Part shown: positions 24,101 to 36,670 of the stretch, piece by piece
How the letters are laid out: each line of letters begins with the position of its first letter
Numbering within the stretch: the stretch's first letter is position 1
NCBI GenBank assembly: GCA_905178155.1
Contig: CAJINV010000010.1
Span: forward strand, 1,926,636-1,990,635
Origin: Amoebophrya sp. A120
Taxonomy: Eukaryota > Protista > Dinoflagellata
Reading direction: 5' to 3'
Length of the DNA: 64,000 nt
Program-made: the position numbers and the translations under genes
Notes under the pieces: generated by a model
The model's input: the letters and a program-made list of their open reading frames with translations, nothing else
Database searches by the model: none
What the model was told of the DNA's origin: nothing

Positions 24101-25792
24101 GGAAGAGATAGGAAGCTGCGGCTTATCCTGAATAAAAGCACCCTCACTTCGAAATAAACCCTCAATTTGTCATGCCAGATTGCGGAAAAAAAGGATCAAT
24201 TCTTGTTGCGTCTCCCGGATGACAAAGTTGACGTTGACAGCAATGGTGCATTTTCTCCACGATACGGTTCTGCGCCACTTCGTGCGGTTTGATTTCTTCC
24301 TCCTCCCGCAGAATACGCACGTATCAACTGCAATGATGTCTGGGTCTGGAAGAGTGGAACTTGTAATGCTGCCTGCGGATTCTGAAAATATCTCTGTTGC
24401 ATGAGCAGCAAGAGGAGTCAGTTCGTGGCACACGGAGAGGTCATTTATCATGCGTAATTACTAATTAGCATCAAGAAGCTCTCAAAAAATCTGTGAAGCT
24501 AGCACCAGCATTACAGACCTCACGGGTCATGCAAAATGTGCATGACAAGCCCCGACTCTTCGAGACCCAGACATATTTGCAGTGGATAGCACGGCCGTTT
24601 TGTCAATCACCGAACACGTCGCGACGATGAAAATCAGGAAGCCAGCGTAATATGCATTGCGAAAGTATCTTACTCGTACTCATTGCGTTTATACATTACA
24701 AATTCCTTTCTTATGGCAAAGGCAAACCCGCCTGAAAAATTCAATTTCTCACGCTGAGGGAATTCGTCATGCGATAATTTCTACTAGTTGTACTAGTACA
24801 AAGATACTTTTGCAAGGCATACGTATGTCAAACCGACGAAATCCAGCGCGTTTTGGGACAGAAAATCCCCGACGGAATAGAGTACAGCGCCAATGATGGT
24901 CAGGAAAAGGCCGACAATCGGCAGGGCGTTGATTTTTGTGTTGGTGCAGCTCTGTAGATGAATTGGAATTCTTTTTTGCCTTCATGCAGCTTGGTGGTCA
25001 ACAGATGATATAATGGCAGCTGATACACACAACGAACTTCGGTATCCTCGCTAGCACGATAGCGATGCTCTTGCTGCTACACATTTATTACAAAGCAGTA
25101 GAACCTCTACTAAGGAACTGTCTTCATATAGATGCCGTCAGGTTCCAGTAACAACCACGAACCACAATACGTACATGAGATATCCGGAACATCATCTATA
25201 CCCATTCCACCACTGCCGTTGCCGCGGGGACGGTATTCCTCGCCACGACGTACAAGGGCACACTCATGAACCGCAGCGCCTTCAGGGAGAAGTACAGCGT
25301 CAGACAGAAGAAGCAGCACTGGAGCAGCGACCAGAGTTTGTTCTTGAACTTCCGTGGCACGGCCAGACCACAGATCTTGCGAGGACCACCTAAATTCGTA
25401 CATTTTTTTTTCTTCAAAGACGAGGTGGTCCAGTAGGTCGTATCTACATCACCAAGTGACCGGAGGCGGAGCAGTCGCAACTGTCCCTTGTGCTGGGGCG
25501 AAAGACAAAGAATCACGGATACTGCATCACATTGTGAATTTGGGGCTCTATACTTACCCGCGGCGCTATCCGCCCCGCCCGCGTTTTCGATGTCGCCCTT
25601 ACTCGCGTCGCTGTTTCTGTCTCCGAAGATCAGCGGCCAGATGAAGCCGATGAAGACGGTCCCGATATTCTGTACGAAAACCACCGTCCACGGATAGTCG
25701 AAGTCCATGGCGAGGGTTTTATTTAAGAGCACCATCGACACCGAGCACGTCGCATGGGCGGCGAAGAGGGACAGAAGGTAGACGCTCAACAT
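21166..25792 (-). CDS. Nucleotide-sugar transporter (SLC35/TPT family, GDP-sugar transporter-like)
   Basis: CSVSMVLLNK..FDYPW..QN, LKALRFMSVPLYVVARN, FGFGMGTFNFYLNQAVNAATVQVANILYKLTT; 7 introners and several GT-AG introns. Confidence 0.85.
21213..21474. mobile_element. Introner family B
   Basis: TSD tgttt/tgttt. Confidence 0.9.
21566..21723. mobile_element. Introner family A
   Basis: TSD gagat/gagat. Confidence 0.9.
21849..22080. mobile_element. Introner family D
   Basis: TATGACAGTGCACAACT...AGTTGTGCACTGTCATA; TSD ctggt/ctggt. Confidence 0.92.
22126..22275. mobile_element. Introner family A
   Basis: TSD agtcc/agtcc. Confidence 0.92.
22358..23151. mobile_element. Introner family A carrying a nested MITE
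   Basis: TSD gtaca/gtaca; about 149 bp without the insert. Confidence 0.92.
22406..23047. mobile_element. MITE, PIF/Harbinger (Tourist)-like, nested in an introner
   Basis: ~95-bp TIR GAGCGCGGTAACAATTAAATCAACTAACTCGG...; TSD TTA/TTA. Confidence 0.92.
24322..24588. mobile_element. Introner family B
   Basis: TSD gcacg/gcacg. Confidence 0.92.
24651..24821. mobile_element. Introner family A
   Basis: TSD cgtaa/cgtat. Confidence 0.9.
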
Positions 25793-26832
25793 TTTGTTTT
25801 TTCGTTTGATCCAGTATTTTCTCTCTTAGCCTTGCGTAACAGAGGAGGTACAACAGGTAACAGACAGAAAGTAGAAGTTCCTGTCCATCGTTCCGAACGA
25901 TGGAGACTTTCTTTGTTCTACACCACACTCATAATTGTCCAAAACAGTCAACAACAGAAGCAAAAAATATGTATCCACAACTGGATGTAGTACGATGAAG
26001 AAGCCTGCTTTATTCATCCAGATGACCTCTTGCTTCCTTCCTCTCTGTGTCGCGGCCTGATCATCTCGTCAACAAGATATACTTCTAGTGACCCTCTCAT
26101 TATGGGCAGCATACCGTACGGATGTACTGACCAATCGCAGCGGCAATGCAAGCGCTCGATAAAAACCATCCACTATAGGTACAGATAAGAACTTGCGCTA
26201 GTGCGTGCCACGCCATGGCGTATCAAAGGTAAAAGAGGAAGCGTATTGCTCGCGTAAAATCCCAGAGGGAAATGGATGAAGTTTCATTACCACTTTACTA
26301 GCAGTAGCAACAAGAAAACCTCATAACTGTGCAGGCATGAACACCACGCGGATGAAGATCGAAGAAGTGCTGCAGCTCGAGGCCCCAATTGCAAGCAAAT
26401 CGCGGATGCCTGAAAGTAGAATACCGAAAATTGCGTCGACCTCTTCTTCAAATCTTTACAAGGAAAATTTGCGCCGACCTTCTTTTTTCGGATAAACTGC
26501 AGAAGATGAGGAGTTCTACAATAAAAATTGTGCCACTTTTTATTTTCGTTTTCGGTGATTCAACATGATTTGTAGCAGTTGCTTTACCGTGCTTTATTTT
26601 TTGAAAATACGAGAAAGTTTTCTTGTCCTCTATCTTCGCGCCTTTTGCGAATGCGACTCGAAGGATTCATAAAGCAAAATTATCTTCTTCTTCAAGGTTC
26701 TGACTCATAACATCTTCAGTCGCGCTTTATTGTTTACTGTAAAAAGTGGTTGATGTTGTCGTCATGGTATCGAGTTGCTCTGCACGAGCGCGACAGAGTT
26801 GCAGCGCAGCTCCGCCGTGCAGCATTGTAGCT

Positions 26833-26985
26833 TATGAATTGCAAAAGTACTATCGTACTAGTATAAATTGCATGACAAATTAGCTGAGCAAGACAAAGGC
26901 AATTTGTAATGCTGTTACCCCTGGAAGAAAACATTTGTCATGCATATTTGCAATTACTACGACTACGATACTTTTGCAGAGGATA
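26833..26985. mobile_element. Introner family A outside recognisable CDS
   Basis: TSD tagct/tagct. Confidence 0.9.
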
Positions 26986-27028
26986 TAGCTAGCTGATGTA
27001 CAATTGTGAGTAAACTGGATGGAACATT

Positions 27029-27308
27029 TATCCTCAGTAAAAACGTACCCACACCAGAGTTGTAATGCAAATCTGCATGCTGAAAATGTTTCTCATGCGG
27101 AGCCCCATGAGAAGCATTTTCTAGTCGTGTTTTGCAATTTGTCATGCTCCAATCAGCATGGTATGCTAGATCTGTGATGCTGCTGAGCTAGCTCAAACAG
27201 CACTACACTACGAATCCAAATTTGTCATGCAAAACAGCCAAAACTTGTGGATTTGTCTAGCCGATTCCCCATCTTGACTATGGTGTGGGTACGTTTTTAC
27301 TCAGGATA
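27029..27308. mobile_element. Introner family G outside recognisable CDS
   Basis: TIR TATCCTCAGTAAAAACGTACCCACACCA; TSD acatt/acatt. Confidence 0.92.
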
Positions 27309-27729
27309 ACATTTTGGACAGAGAAAACCCCAAAAAGGTAGCTTCCCCAACCACAAAACTCCACTCGCTTATATCGCTTTGGTATCTTGTTCTTGATTTT
27401 GTAGTAAATATGAAAGTTAATAGTCGTCAGTGAAAAATTTCAAAAAAAATCGTCGCAACGCTGCTGCCCCGACAACGACAAAACAGGTGGTCACCGGTTC
27501 TCGCTGTCGTACTTTTTGTACGATCTTCAGTGCAGTCCGCCCACCTCGTCCACAGCGCTTTTTTATTCATCTTCGCATTATCGTACGAAAAAATTGTTTC
27601 ACCGTGATGGTTTTCGAAAATACGCATGACTGGACAAGGTCGTTAAGTACACATGACACACATGCATCAACATTTTCAAGGGAAACAGTTTTTTCCTTCC
27701 GATATTACGCAGCTGAATTTGTTGTCCCA

Positions 27730-30700
27730 TCACGCCACCTCCGAAGTAGATCCCGTAGCAAGCATCGGCTGCTCCACGTAATTCACCTCCGTTAGAAACG
27801 GATGTTGCAACAGCTCCGCCGCACTGGGTCGCTTGGTCGGATCCAGGGTCAGCATCTGGCGGATGGGGTATGGGTTGGAAAAAATAAACGGGGAGCCAAG
27901 TCGTGCATCAAGTTTCTTGGGCGAATGAAATACTTCGAGTTCTTACTGATACTGGAGTGCAGCTGGTGTGTCCACGCATAAATCTACTTCAACTTCTAGC
28001 GCCCTTATTTTGTTCCATTGTTATTCCATGTATGCTTCTTTATAGTGGCAAAGAAACTAGCGAGAATGAAGATCCGCTTCCCAACTACCATGTCCAGCTC
28101 TTGTAAGGTGGAGCATCAAGAATGAATAAGAGCTCTACAGCTGATGTAATACAAATCTTCTTGTTGACGACATTGACTTGGCTGACAAAACAGATGTCAC
28201 GCTAGGATAGGAAATCCACAAACGGGTCCTCGTCGGATAACCTGTGAGAATGATAATTTTGATTTTGACGAGCCGGAAGCAATTCAATCACAATCACGCA
28301 CCAGTCGCATGAGAAGAAACTCCGCATTGGGAACAACTTCCGCATGACAAACAAGGCCCACCCGAGCGTGGGGACAGGGTCCCCACGCTGGGGCCTTGTG
28401 CCCGTCCCTAGTGGCGCTAGTGGGGGAAGGGTGTTCGGCATCGGGGCGGACAGCGTCCGCCCCTCGCCTCACACCAGGCGCGCGCATGGTGGCTCAGTGC
28501 GCGAAGCACTAGTGGGGGAAGGGTGTTCGGCATCGGGGCGGACAGCGTCCGCCCCTCGCCTCACACCAGGCGCGCGCATAGTGGCTTAGTGCGCGAAGCA
28601 CTGGTGGGGGAAGGCAGGGCGTTCACCTGTCGCGGTCACCTGTCGCGGTCACCTGTCAAGGTCCCCTGTCGAGGTCACCTGTCGAGGTCACCTGTCGAGG
28701 TCACCTGTCGAGGTCACCTGTTGAGGTCACCTGTCGAGGTCACCTGTCGAGGTCGCCTGTCGAGGTCGCCTGTCAAGGTCACCTGTCGCCAGGGGTATGC
28801 GTTACCAGAACCCGGAAGTCGAGCAATGTAAATATTAATAAACCGCCACTTCCTTGTTGTGTAAAAAACAAATCCAAAAAAACTATCTATACGCAAGGCG
28901 GTGTCCCAAGGTCGTCCGCTTTGGGACGAGCAGATGGAGCTTTTTCAACTCGCCTCCCGGTAGTGAGATGTGTGGGATAGAAAAACTATTTGCTACTCGC
29001 AGCTACAAGGGGTGCGCATAAGACTTTGTCATGCCGAGAGAGATGATTCACGAAACTTGGCTGTTTTTATCCTGTGACATAATTCAAACTTCTGCAAGAA
29101 GTGCATGTGGAATAGGAATAAAAATACGATGCATAAATGTGACATAATGCGTCTGTCCTCTCCATACTGGCCCCGTGAATCTATTGCCAAGTCGCAATGG
29201 TAACCCTTTTGCTGCAGCGAGTAAAAGAACATCTCCACTTGTCATACTGGATCCTGGATCTTAATCTCCTGATACAACCGCCCGTCCTGGGTGAAAAATT
29301 GCGGCACATGCCTCCCGCTAGCCATGATCCAAAACGGAAACCGGCCGATGATGCCCAACACTCGTGCAAGGAGGCTATGCACGGAATCGTTTTGGAAGAG
29401 TACATACCCCGTCCACAGTTCCGCGAGAATGCAACCGAGGGACCAAATGTCGATCTTCTGGTCGTACCTGAAGTGAATTTCGCTTTATTTTCATGCGACA
29501 TGCACGAAGGCTAAAATTTTGTTCCGTAAATGCAGGATGAGAAACTACCATCACCAGTGCTAGATACTTACACGTACTTATTCAAATAGCAGGTCTCAGC
29601 ACTAGTAGCAGAGCCTAAGGCGCTAAATGTAAACCATTCCTCAGTTGTTGCAACATCATGATGAAAAAAAATACTGGCATCCCAAAATCACTTCCGGTGC
29701 CCGGTAACTCCTTGACTGCACGTAGGACGATAGATGGTCATCGATGAAGCATGAGGAACCAAAGTCGATTACTTTCACCTCCTATGCATTGCAAAAATTT
29801 GATCGTCCTCGTAGTGGAAAGTGCATGGCAAATTATTTTTTGAAGCAATTTATATCGAAATCTGTCATGCAAATTGAAGTAGCATGAAAGCAGATCTGTC
29901 TCTGTCATGCCAAACTACAACTGCAATGACCACTACGAGCGCGATTTATTTTTGCACAGGATACCTCCGTCCGGCTATAGGACTTCATCAGAATATTCTC
30001 CGGCTTTAAATCACCTGTGGTTGCTTTTGAAGATGATTAGCGGCCACGTCAATTTTATTGTTCTGACGTCGATGAACGTATGTGCACATGAAAGGATGTC
30101 GCAACGAAGAACTACTAGAAGGATGAGGATCACAACAAGCACATCAAACCAAAACATCCAAACTTTCTACAGTGAATAAGATTTAGTCCGTGGATGAAAT
30201 TCAACGCCTTTAGGATGTCGCGGGAAATGATCTGCAGTCTGGCTTTCGTAAAGTAAGGTTCCCCGGGCTGCTGTTCGCGATTAAACTTGGAAAACTCGTA
30301 TAAGTTGTCCTTCAGCAACTCTGTCACCAAGACGAGGTGTTCCTGTTTTGATCGTTTGGCTTGACTTTCTGATATGGAAATCCATTGGTACTAGAAATAG
30401 GTGGCAAGATGAACTCTGCTCCTGTCGCAACAAATGTTCTTGATGCGTACTATACTCGTCACATATCAGCTGCAAAATTCACATTGAGGGATGAAACATA
30501 CAAGAAAACCAGAAACACGTGATCATCTACTTCGCATTATACTTCGTAGTTCTACATTATAGTACCTTGTAGTAAAAAAAGTCGATGAGTCGCAGCAGGT
30601 TCATGTCGTCCACGTCACAGTTGAGGCCGATATTCTGTGCAAAAGTATCGCACTCCTAGTTGTAATTGCAGCTATGCATACACAAATCTCCTTCCTAAAC

Positions 30701-33700
30701 TGAATCAGCATGACAAACCCGGATTTGTCATGCTGAGCTAACTTGTATTGCAATTAGTTACTACTGCCACGATAATTCTTTTGCAAATCATAGCCGATGA
30801 AGGAGAGTAATTTGATCTCGTCGAGAGATTGGTCGAAAAAATCCTTGTCGTTCTTGATGATTTTCAAGCACACCATGCGGTTCGTTTCCAGATTATGCAT
30901 TGCAAAAGCATCGCACTCGTAAAAATGCAAGTCTTGCATTACAAATTTTTTTCCTCAGCTAAATCCGCATGACAAGTTTTATTTCTCATGCTGGGGAAAT
31001 TTGTAATGCATTTATACGAGTACGATACCTTTGCACAGGATACAAATCGTGGCACTGCAACGCACGGGAAAACGCCGCTTGTCCAAGGTACTCGACGACC
31101 TGGTATGCATTGCAAAAGTGTCTGGGTCTGGGAGATTCTGAGACTTGTCATGCAAGTTTTGCATGTGCCATGATGTCTGTGATGCATGTCCTAGCATCAG
31201 AGATTTTTTGAGGGCTTCTTGATGCCTACACCGCATGACAAATGCCCTTTTCCCGTAGCAAAAATAACACTCACTTTGCTGCTCATGCAATAGAGATTTT
31301 TTTGGAATCCAAATGCAGCATCACAAATTGCAATCTTCCAGACCCTCCAGACATTTTTGCATTTCATACCTGGTACCGGGCGGCAATGATCTGCCCCATC
31401 TCGACTTTCAGTCCTATCCTAGAGAAAATCACCATGATGTTGATGACTCATCTCAAGCTGTCTCTGTGGTCATGCGTGACAATATGCGCAATAAAAGTCG
31501 GACCTTTAAATTTAAAACTTCTTATAGTCGTTTCTGCATTACAACTTGAGAGCCGCAAAAATGGTAATGCGTGAAGATTTTCTTTGGGATAAATTCCTTC
31601 GTCTCTTCAAACCCGGTCTTGTCTCGCTCGTACACATATCCTGTGCAAAAGCATCGCATAATTAGTAGTAATTGCATTACAAATTAGCTCAGCGTCAGCA
31701 TGACAATTGGAATTTGTGATGCAGTTTTACCTTGGGATGAAGATTTGTAATGCATAAACTGCAATTACTACGAGTACGATACTTTTGCAATTCATAACAC
31801 AATGGGCAGTTGGAAGGAATCGAAGATTGTGTCGTTCATCTCTACGGGGTAAAAATTCGGGTTTTTCGTAACCATCGCTGTTACTCCTCCACTATGCGAC
31901 GCTAGCCCTCCGACAGAAGCACCACTCGCCGTTCCGACAAGATTACTGTTCCTCGGGTACCGGATCCGTTGCCGCTCCAGGGTGAGTTCCTTGGTGAAAA
32001 CGGTAAGACTTTCGCCGTTTTCTGGATTTTCCTCGACTTCAGACTTCACGATTTTGCCGTCGTAGTCCTTTATTGTCGGGATGAATTGCTGCAATTTTCT
32101 CCGTTTCTTCTTGTTCAGTAACCTGCTTGCGGACTTTGCTTTCCGGTTTTGGTTTGCCGGGTCAGCTGCGCCAGCGTCGCCTGTACTAAACGGGGTAGTA
32201 GCGGAGGGTGGTGCTGTTGCTGGTGCTGATGCTCCTGCTTCGCCCGAAGGTGCGACAGCAGCTCCTTCTGCTGGCTGTATGTTGCCCGCAGGGTCGGAGG
32301 TGTCGGAGGTCGCGGGAGCGGTATTGGTGTTGCTCGCGGTTCCAGCGGCGGCGGCTGTCGTGGACGAGTCTGGGTTTAAAAGTGTTGGATCCTGTGGCGT
32401 ACCAGCTACCACACCGCTACCGTCGTCAACCACTTCAGTGCCGTCGCCCGCTACCAAATGTTGTCCGTGAAGACCTGTGCTGCTCGCTCCTGCTGTCATG
32501 CCCGCTAATAGCAGCTGCTCTGAGGCAAGTTTTATCCTGTGCGCAAGTATCGCGCTCGTGGTAATTGCAGTCATGCATTACAAGTCTTTTTCTATAGGTA
32601 AATCCGCATTACAAATTTTGTTTCTCATGCTGAGGAGACAATTTGTAATGCATTTATACGAGTACGATACTTTCGCTGCAATCCATAAGCTTCACCTTAT
32701 CCACCCAGGGAACCACGCGGACACGGGGGTCGCGGTTTTGGGTGCTGGTCGCGTATGGCGTTCTCAAACGTTACATTCTCAACTGTTACATGATTTGTCA
32801 TGCAAAATGATCATCAAGATCCACACTATCAAGCTGCTTCGCATGACAAATTTGCGAATGGCTAAACAGCGCCCAAATCTGTTCGGAATTTGTAATGCTA
32901 CAGATGCAGCCTCCCTCCTTTCACTTTTCCCATTCTTGCATGACAAATCCATGTAACACTTGAGAATGTAACAGTTGAGAACGCCATATCGCGGCGCCTG
33001 CTGTTGTAGTCCAGGTGGACAGGTCTGCTGGAGGAGCAGCTCCACCGGCAGCTGTTGTTGTGCCTGCAGCTGTTGTTGTACCAAGTAGAAACAGGTCCGC
33101 CTCTTGTTCGTTCTGTAGCAAGCTGGCACAGGAACTCGTCGTGAGGGGCGGCGGCGTGGCCTGGGTTTTATTTTATCGTGTTTTTGTTACATTTACAACA
33201 GATTTTTTTGTCATGCACAGCGACAACGCGGATTAGCAGCAGAAGATTTTCAGCTACTTCTTATCATGCAGTAAATAAAGCACCTTCGTGTAGTTCGTTC
33301 ACCATCAACAGCAAATGCTGAATTCAACATTCAAAGTTACCGCTTCTCCGGGAAGCCGTTGAAAGGGCTCGGAATTTCTCAATTCTTCCATAAGTTCTTC
33401 TTCGCTGATCTCCCGAATCCGGTATCCCGGGTCATCATCATCGTGGTACTCATCCTCCTTATACATTGCAAAAGTATCGCGCTAGTCTGAAGCTGAACTG
33501 CAAAATCAATACAAATTTTTCATTAGATGAAAAGCGCAATTTGTCCTCATGCTAGGTAAGGTACAAAATTAGATTTGTCAGGCATCCAACTACGATACTT
33601 TTGCACCACAGGTGGATACTCTTTCGTGGCGAACGACACCTCCGACGAGGGTCGTTTCCGACTTTGGTACGCATTGGAGACGTGATCGACCGCGGGCCGG

Positions 33701-35318
33701 TGCTTGATGTAGACTTTCCGGAAATTACTAGCTGCTGTCTTCGTATGAATTGCAAAAGTATCGCACTCGTATAAATGCATTACAAATTTCCTCAGCAAGA
33801 GAAATGGAATTTGTCATGCTGATTTGCCTTGGCAACAAGATTTGTAATGCAAGACTTGCATTTATACGAGTACGATACTTTTGCACAGGATACGTCGGCG
33901 TCCCAGTCGAACTGCAGGCCTGGGAGGTTCCGGTCAACTGTTGCAGCTTACTTGTACCAGTATTCGACACTCCTGTTCCACCGGGTTTGTAAATCGCGGT
34001 TCCCGCAATAGATTCCTGTCGGTTTGTCTCGGACACAGAAACCTCGCAGCTCTGTGGTGGGTAATGCACGCCGATGACGTCGTCGAGCTCGTCGTGGATG
34101 CCGTTTGAAGTAGAGGCTGGATGTGATGAATCTTGTAGTTGATGCGTTTCGTGCTCCCTCCTATTCTGCTCCAGCTGAAGATCAGAATTCACTTCTGAAT
34201 CATTGGAACTGGTCCACGGGAAATTTGACACCGCAGACTCCATGGTCCAGGAACGGTCGCGGGTCAGGATAGAGTCGATCTCGTTGTGGAGCTCCTCCTC
34301 AGAAATCGGGGCGGAGGACTGCTTCTCCCGGTCTTGCAAGTTGGCAAGCAGGTGGTGGACCTGATAGATCATTTGTGATGCCAGATTTGCACGACTTGAA
34401 GCTTTTTTCTTAAAGCGTCCTCGTTGGGAATCACGCATGACAAACGTCAACTTTTTACTGTTGCTATGTCATACACCGTATTTCTGTACCTTCGTGCTCA
34501 AATTATCTCTGGCGTTCAGCCGGTTCCCTCCCAAAGGATCCCGGGTCCCGGGCAACTTCCTGCGCTCCATCTTGGTTATCCATCGGTAAAATACGATCGT
34601 AGCCATAGTCATTGCATCAATCACGGATGACATATCGTCAGCATGAGAAATTTCATTTGTCATGCTGAGACAATTTGTCAACATGCAATTACTACGTAGT
34701 ACGATACTTGTTTTGCAATGCATATCGGTGACCCAGGAGCCAGAAGCACCACCGCCCCCACCACCGTAGGAGAAAGCCCCATCTTATCAGACAAAAAAGT
34801 GCTAACGTTCACGGCTTTCATAGATTGTACATATGCATGACAAATTTTGCCTGGCATGCATAATATGCATGACGAATCTGGGCAGTTTTGGGATGCATTA
34901 CTGCATCACAAATTCCGTTAACGTTAAAACTTTTTCCTGTGATACATCTTCGTCGTCCACTTCGTTTAAATACGCTGTAGATATCGACTGAAGGCAGCGG
35001 ACAGCGTCGACCCAGGTCTGAATGATTTTTCCGAAAAATATGGATAATTTTCTCTAGGCAGTATTCGCATGCAAAATGAACATCTGTCATGCAGATTCCG
35101 ATTCATCTACTTACTTCTCGGGAGAAGTATCTAAGTAGTAAGTGCTCTACCTGAAACTTATGCTCATCCTGTTGTTGCTGCAACGCCTTCGCTACTTGGT
35201 GCCGCTGCGCCCGCAGTTGCGCTCCGGCATCGATTTGCGCGGCACTCAGGACGTCGGCAACGGCCTCGATCAGTTTCCGGGGATCCACGGAGGGATGGGG
35301 AGACGCGGTGACGGCCAT
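27730..35318 (-). CDS. DYRK-family dual-specificity protein kinase with long N-terminal region; start approximate
   Basis: [102 protein letters not shown]. Confidence 0.95.
27869..28209. other. Degenerate non-canonical intron (TAT...ATA termini only)
   Basis: Removal with 5 nt gives kinase [13 protein letters not shown] in frame; TIR and TSD decayed. Confidence 0.6.
28417..28614. repeat. 92-bp tandem repeat (just over 2 copies) with GGGGCGGAC-agc-GTCCGCCCC hairpin
   Basis: Units start at 28417, 28509 and 28601. Confidence 0.9.
28623..28788. repeat. 13-bp minisatellite TCACCTGTCGAGG, about 13 copies
   Basis: Read directly. Confidence 0.95.
29783..29963. mobile_element. Introner family A
   Basis: TSD cctcc/cctcc. 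Confidence 0.9.
30631..30792. mobile_element. Introner family A
   Basis: TSD gccga/gccga. Confidence 0.92.
30894..31042. mobile_element. Introner family A
   Basis: TSD cagat/caaat. Confidence 0.92.
31104..31368. mobile_element. Introner family B
   Basis: TSD cctgg/cctgg. Confidence 0.92.
31637..31796. mobile_element. Introner family A
   Basis: TSD acaca/acaca. Confidence 0.92.
32533..32687. mobile_element. Introner family A
   Basis: TSD agttt/agctt. Confidence 0.9.
32754..32988. mobile_element. Introner, single-copy TIR family L
   Basis: TIR TATGGCGTTCTCAA..GTTACATTCTCAA; TSD tcgcg/tcgcg. Confidence 0.92.
33460..33618. mobile_element. Introner family A
   Basis: TSD ctcct/ctctt. Confidence 0.9.
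33744..33892. mobile_element. Introner family A
   Basis: TSD cttcg/cgtcg. Confidence 0.9.
34577..34724. mobile_element. Introner family A (diverged)
   Basis: TSD ttggt/tcggt. Confidence 0.85.
34785..34944. mobile_element. Introner, single-copy TIR family M
   Basis: TATCAGACAAAAAAGT..AACGTT...AACGTT..ACTTTTTCCTGTGATA; TSD catct/catct. Confidence 0.88.
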
Positions 35319-36670
35319 TCTCGTTGCTGCGCTGCAGGTCGTTTTTGCCCCTGCGTGCGCGATGAAGGGTTCTACCGACGAAGTTACCGCTATATCAATA
35401 GGGAGCTCGGCGCACCTGCTCCTAGGTAGGTCCCGCCATTCTCCACTGATGTCTCTACTAGTTTTGCTTTTGTCCCACAGAAAAAGACGCCCAGTCGAGC
35501 GCGGCGTGGGCCACAAATGGTTTCATTCTCTATACGCTATGTTGCTTGGAGCATGCTGGAGGTACGATCGGTTCTTTTTAGTAGTGAAAGGCAGGTACTA
35601 CAACGCGATAGAAAGAGTGTACTTTATTCGTGACTGCTTTTCTTATTTCCAACTTGGAAATATAGAGAAGATCTATAGGTAGCCTGAAAGAAAGGCACAA
35701 CACACAATACGCACACCCCCAGTTCGGACTGAAGGAAGGAATGTCAGAGTGGATTAGGAACCAGACGGAAGTTTTTGCGCTACTAGGGATAGAATAAAGA
35801 TATTATTCACATCCTCCATAACTCCCACGCGTCGCCAGGCGACTTATGGCTGCACCTCCTGCAGCTTCGGGCCGAGTCAAAATCAGCCGCAGACGACCAT
35901 CACCATCAGTTGTCTTCACCGTGCAGTACTACTATTAAAACAGAGAAGATATTCATTAGATCGCCGCATCTTCAGCGCAGGCTGCTCTTAAAACAGGAAC
36001 TGCGTGCCATGAACCTCTCATAAACAACTAATGGAGAACATGAGCTTCGTACGCTTACACGCACGTGATCCCAGGCTTAGCAAAGAAGAGTCCGTCGCAC
36101 TCGTCACGCGGAGTGGTCTTGGATGCTACTACAACTTCACCACCTTTGTTGAATCTTCCGCAATCGCACCATGAAATGTGATACTGGTTTCATCAATCTT
36201 TCTTTTGGAAAAAAAAAACAGACTTATTTGCTAGCGACCAACAACTGCGGTATCCCACCGCACAACTTTAGTTTCAATCTTCTCTCTGTTCTGTGCGAGT
36301 GCGGCCTTTCCATCTCATAATCTTGAGCTTTAACCACACCAGCCTATAATTCGTGCTGTTTCGCTGCTGCGCTGTCGTTGCTGTAGTTTCAGACCTCATC
36401 TCAAACCTATGTATTATATGCAGCAAATCTAGTTTGTAAAAATTGTACAGGCACCCATCTGTCAGAGCCGTTGCATGTTGCATTCTTTTCGCTGCCTCTT
36501 CATTTCTCGTTTTTTGAACAAAAAATGAACTGTTTAAAACATTGGGACTAAGTGGAATCTCAGCTTACATTTGAATTATCGGAGACACTTTTCACAGATG
36601 AGCCTGACGATGCGCCTCGAGATTGCTGTTTTGTTCCCGCCCATGATCTTCGCGACGCCTCATTTGCAGC

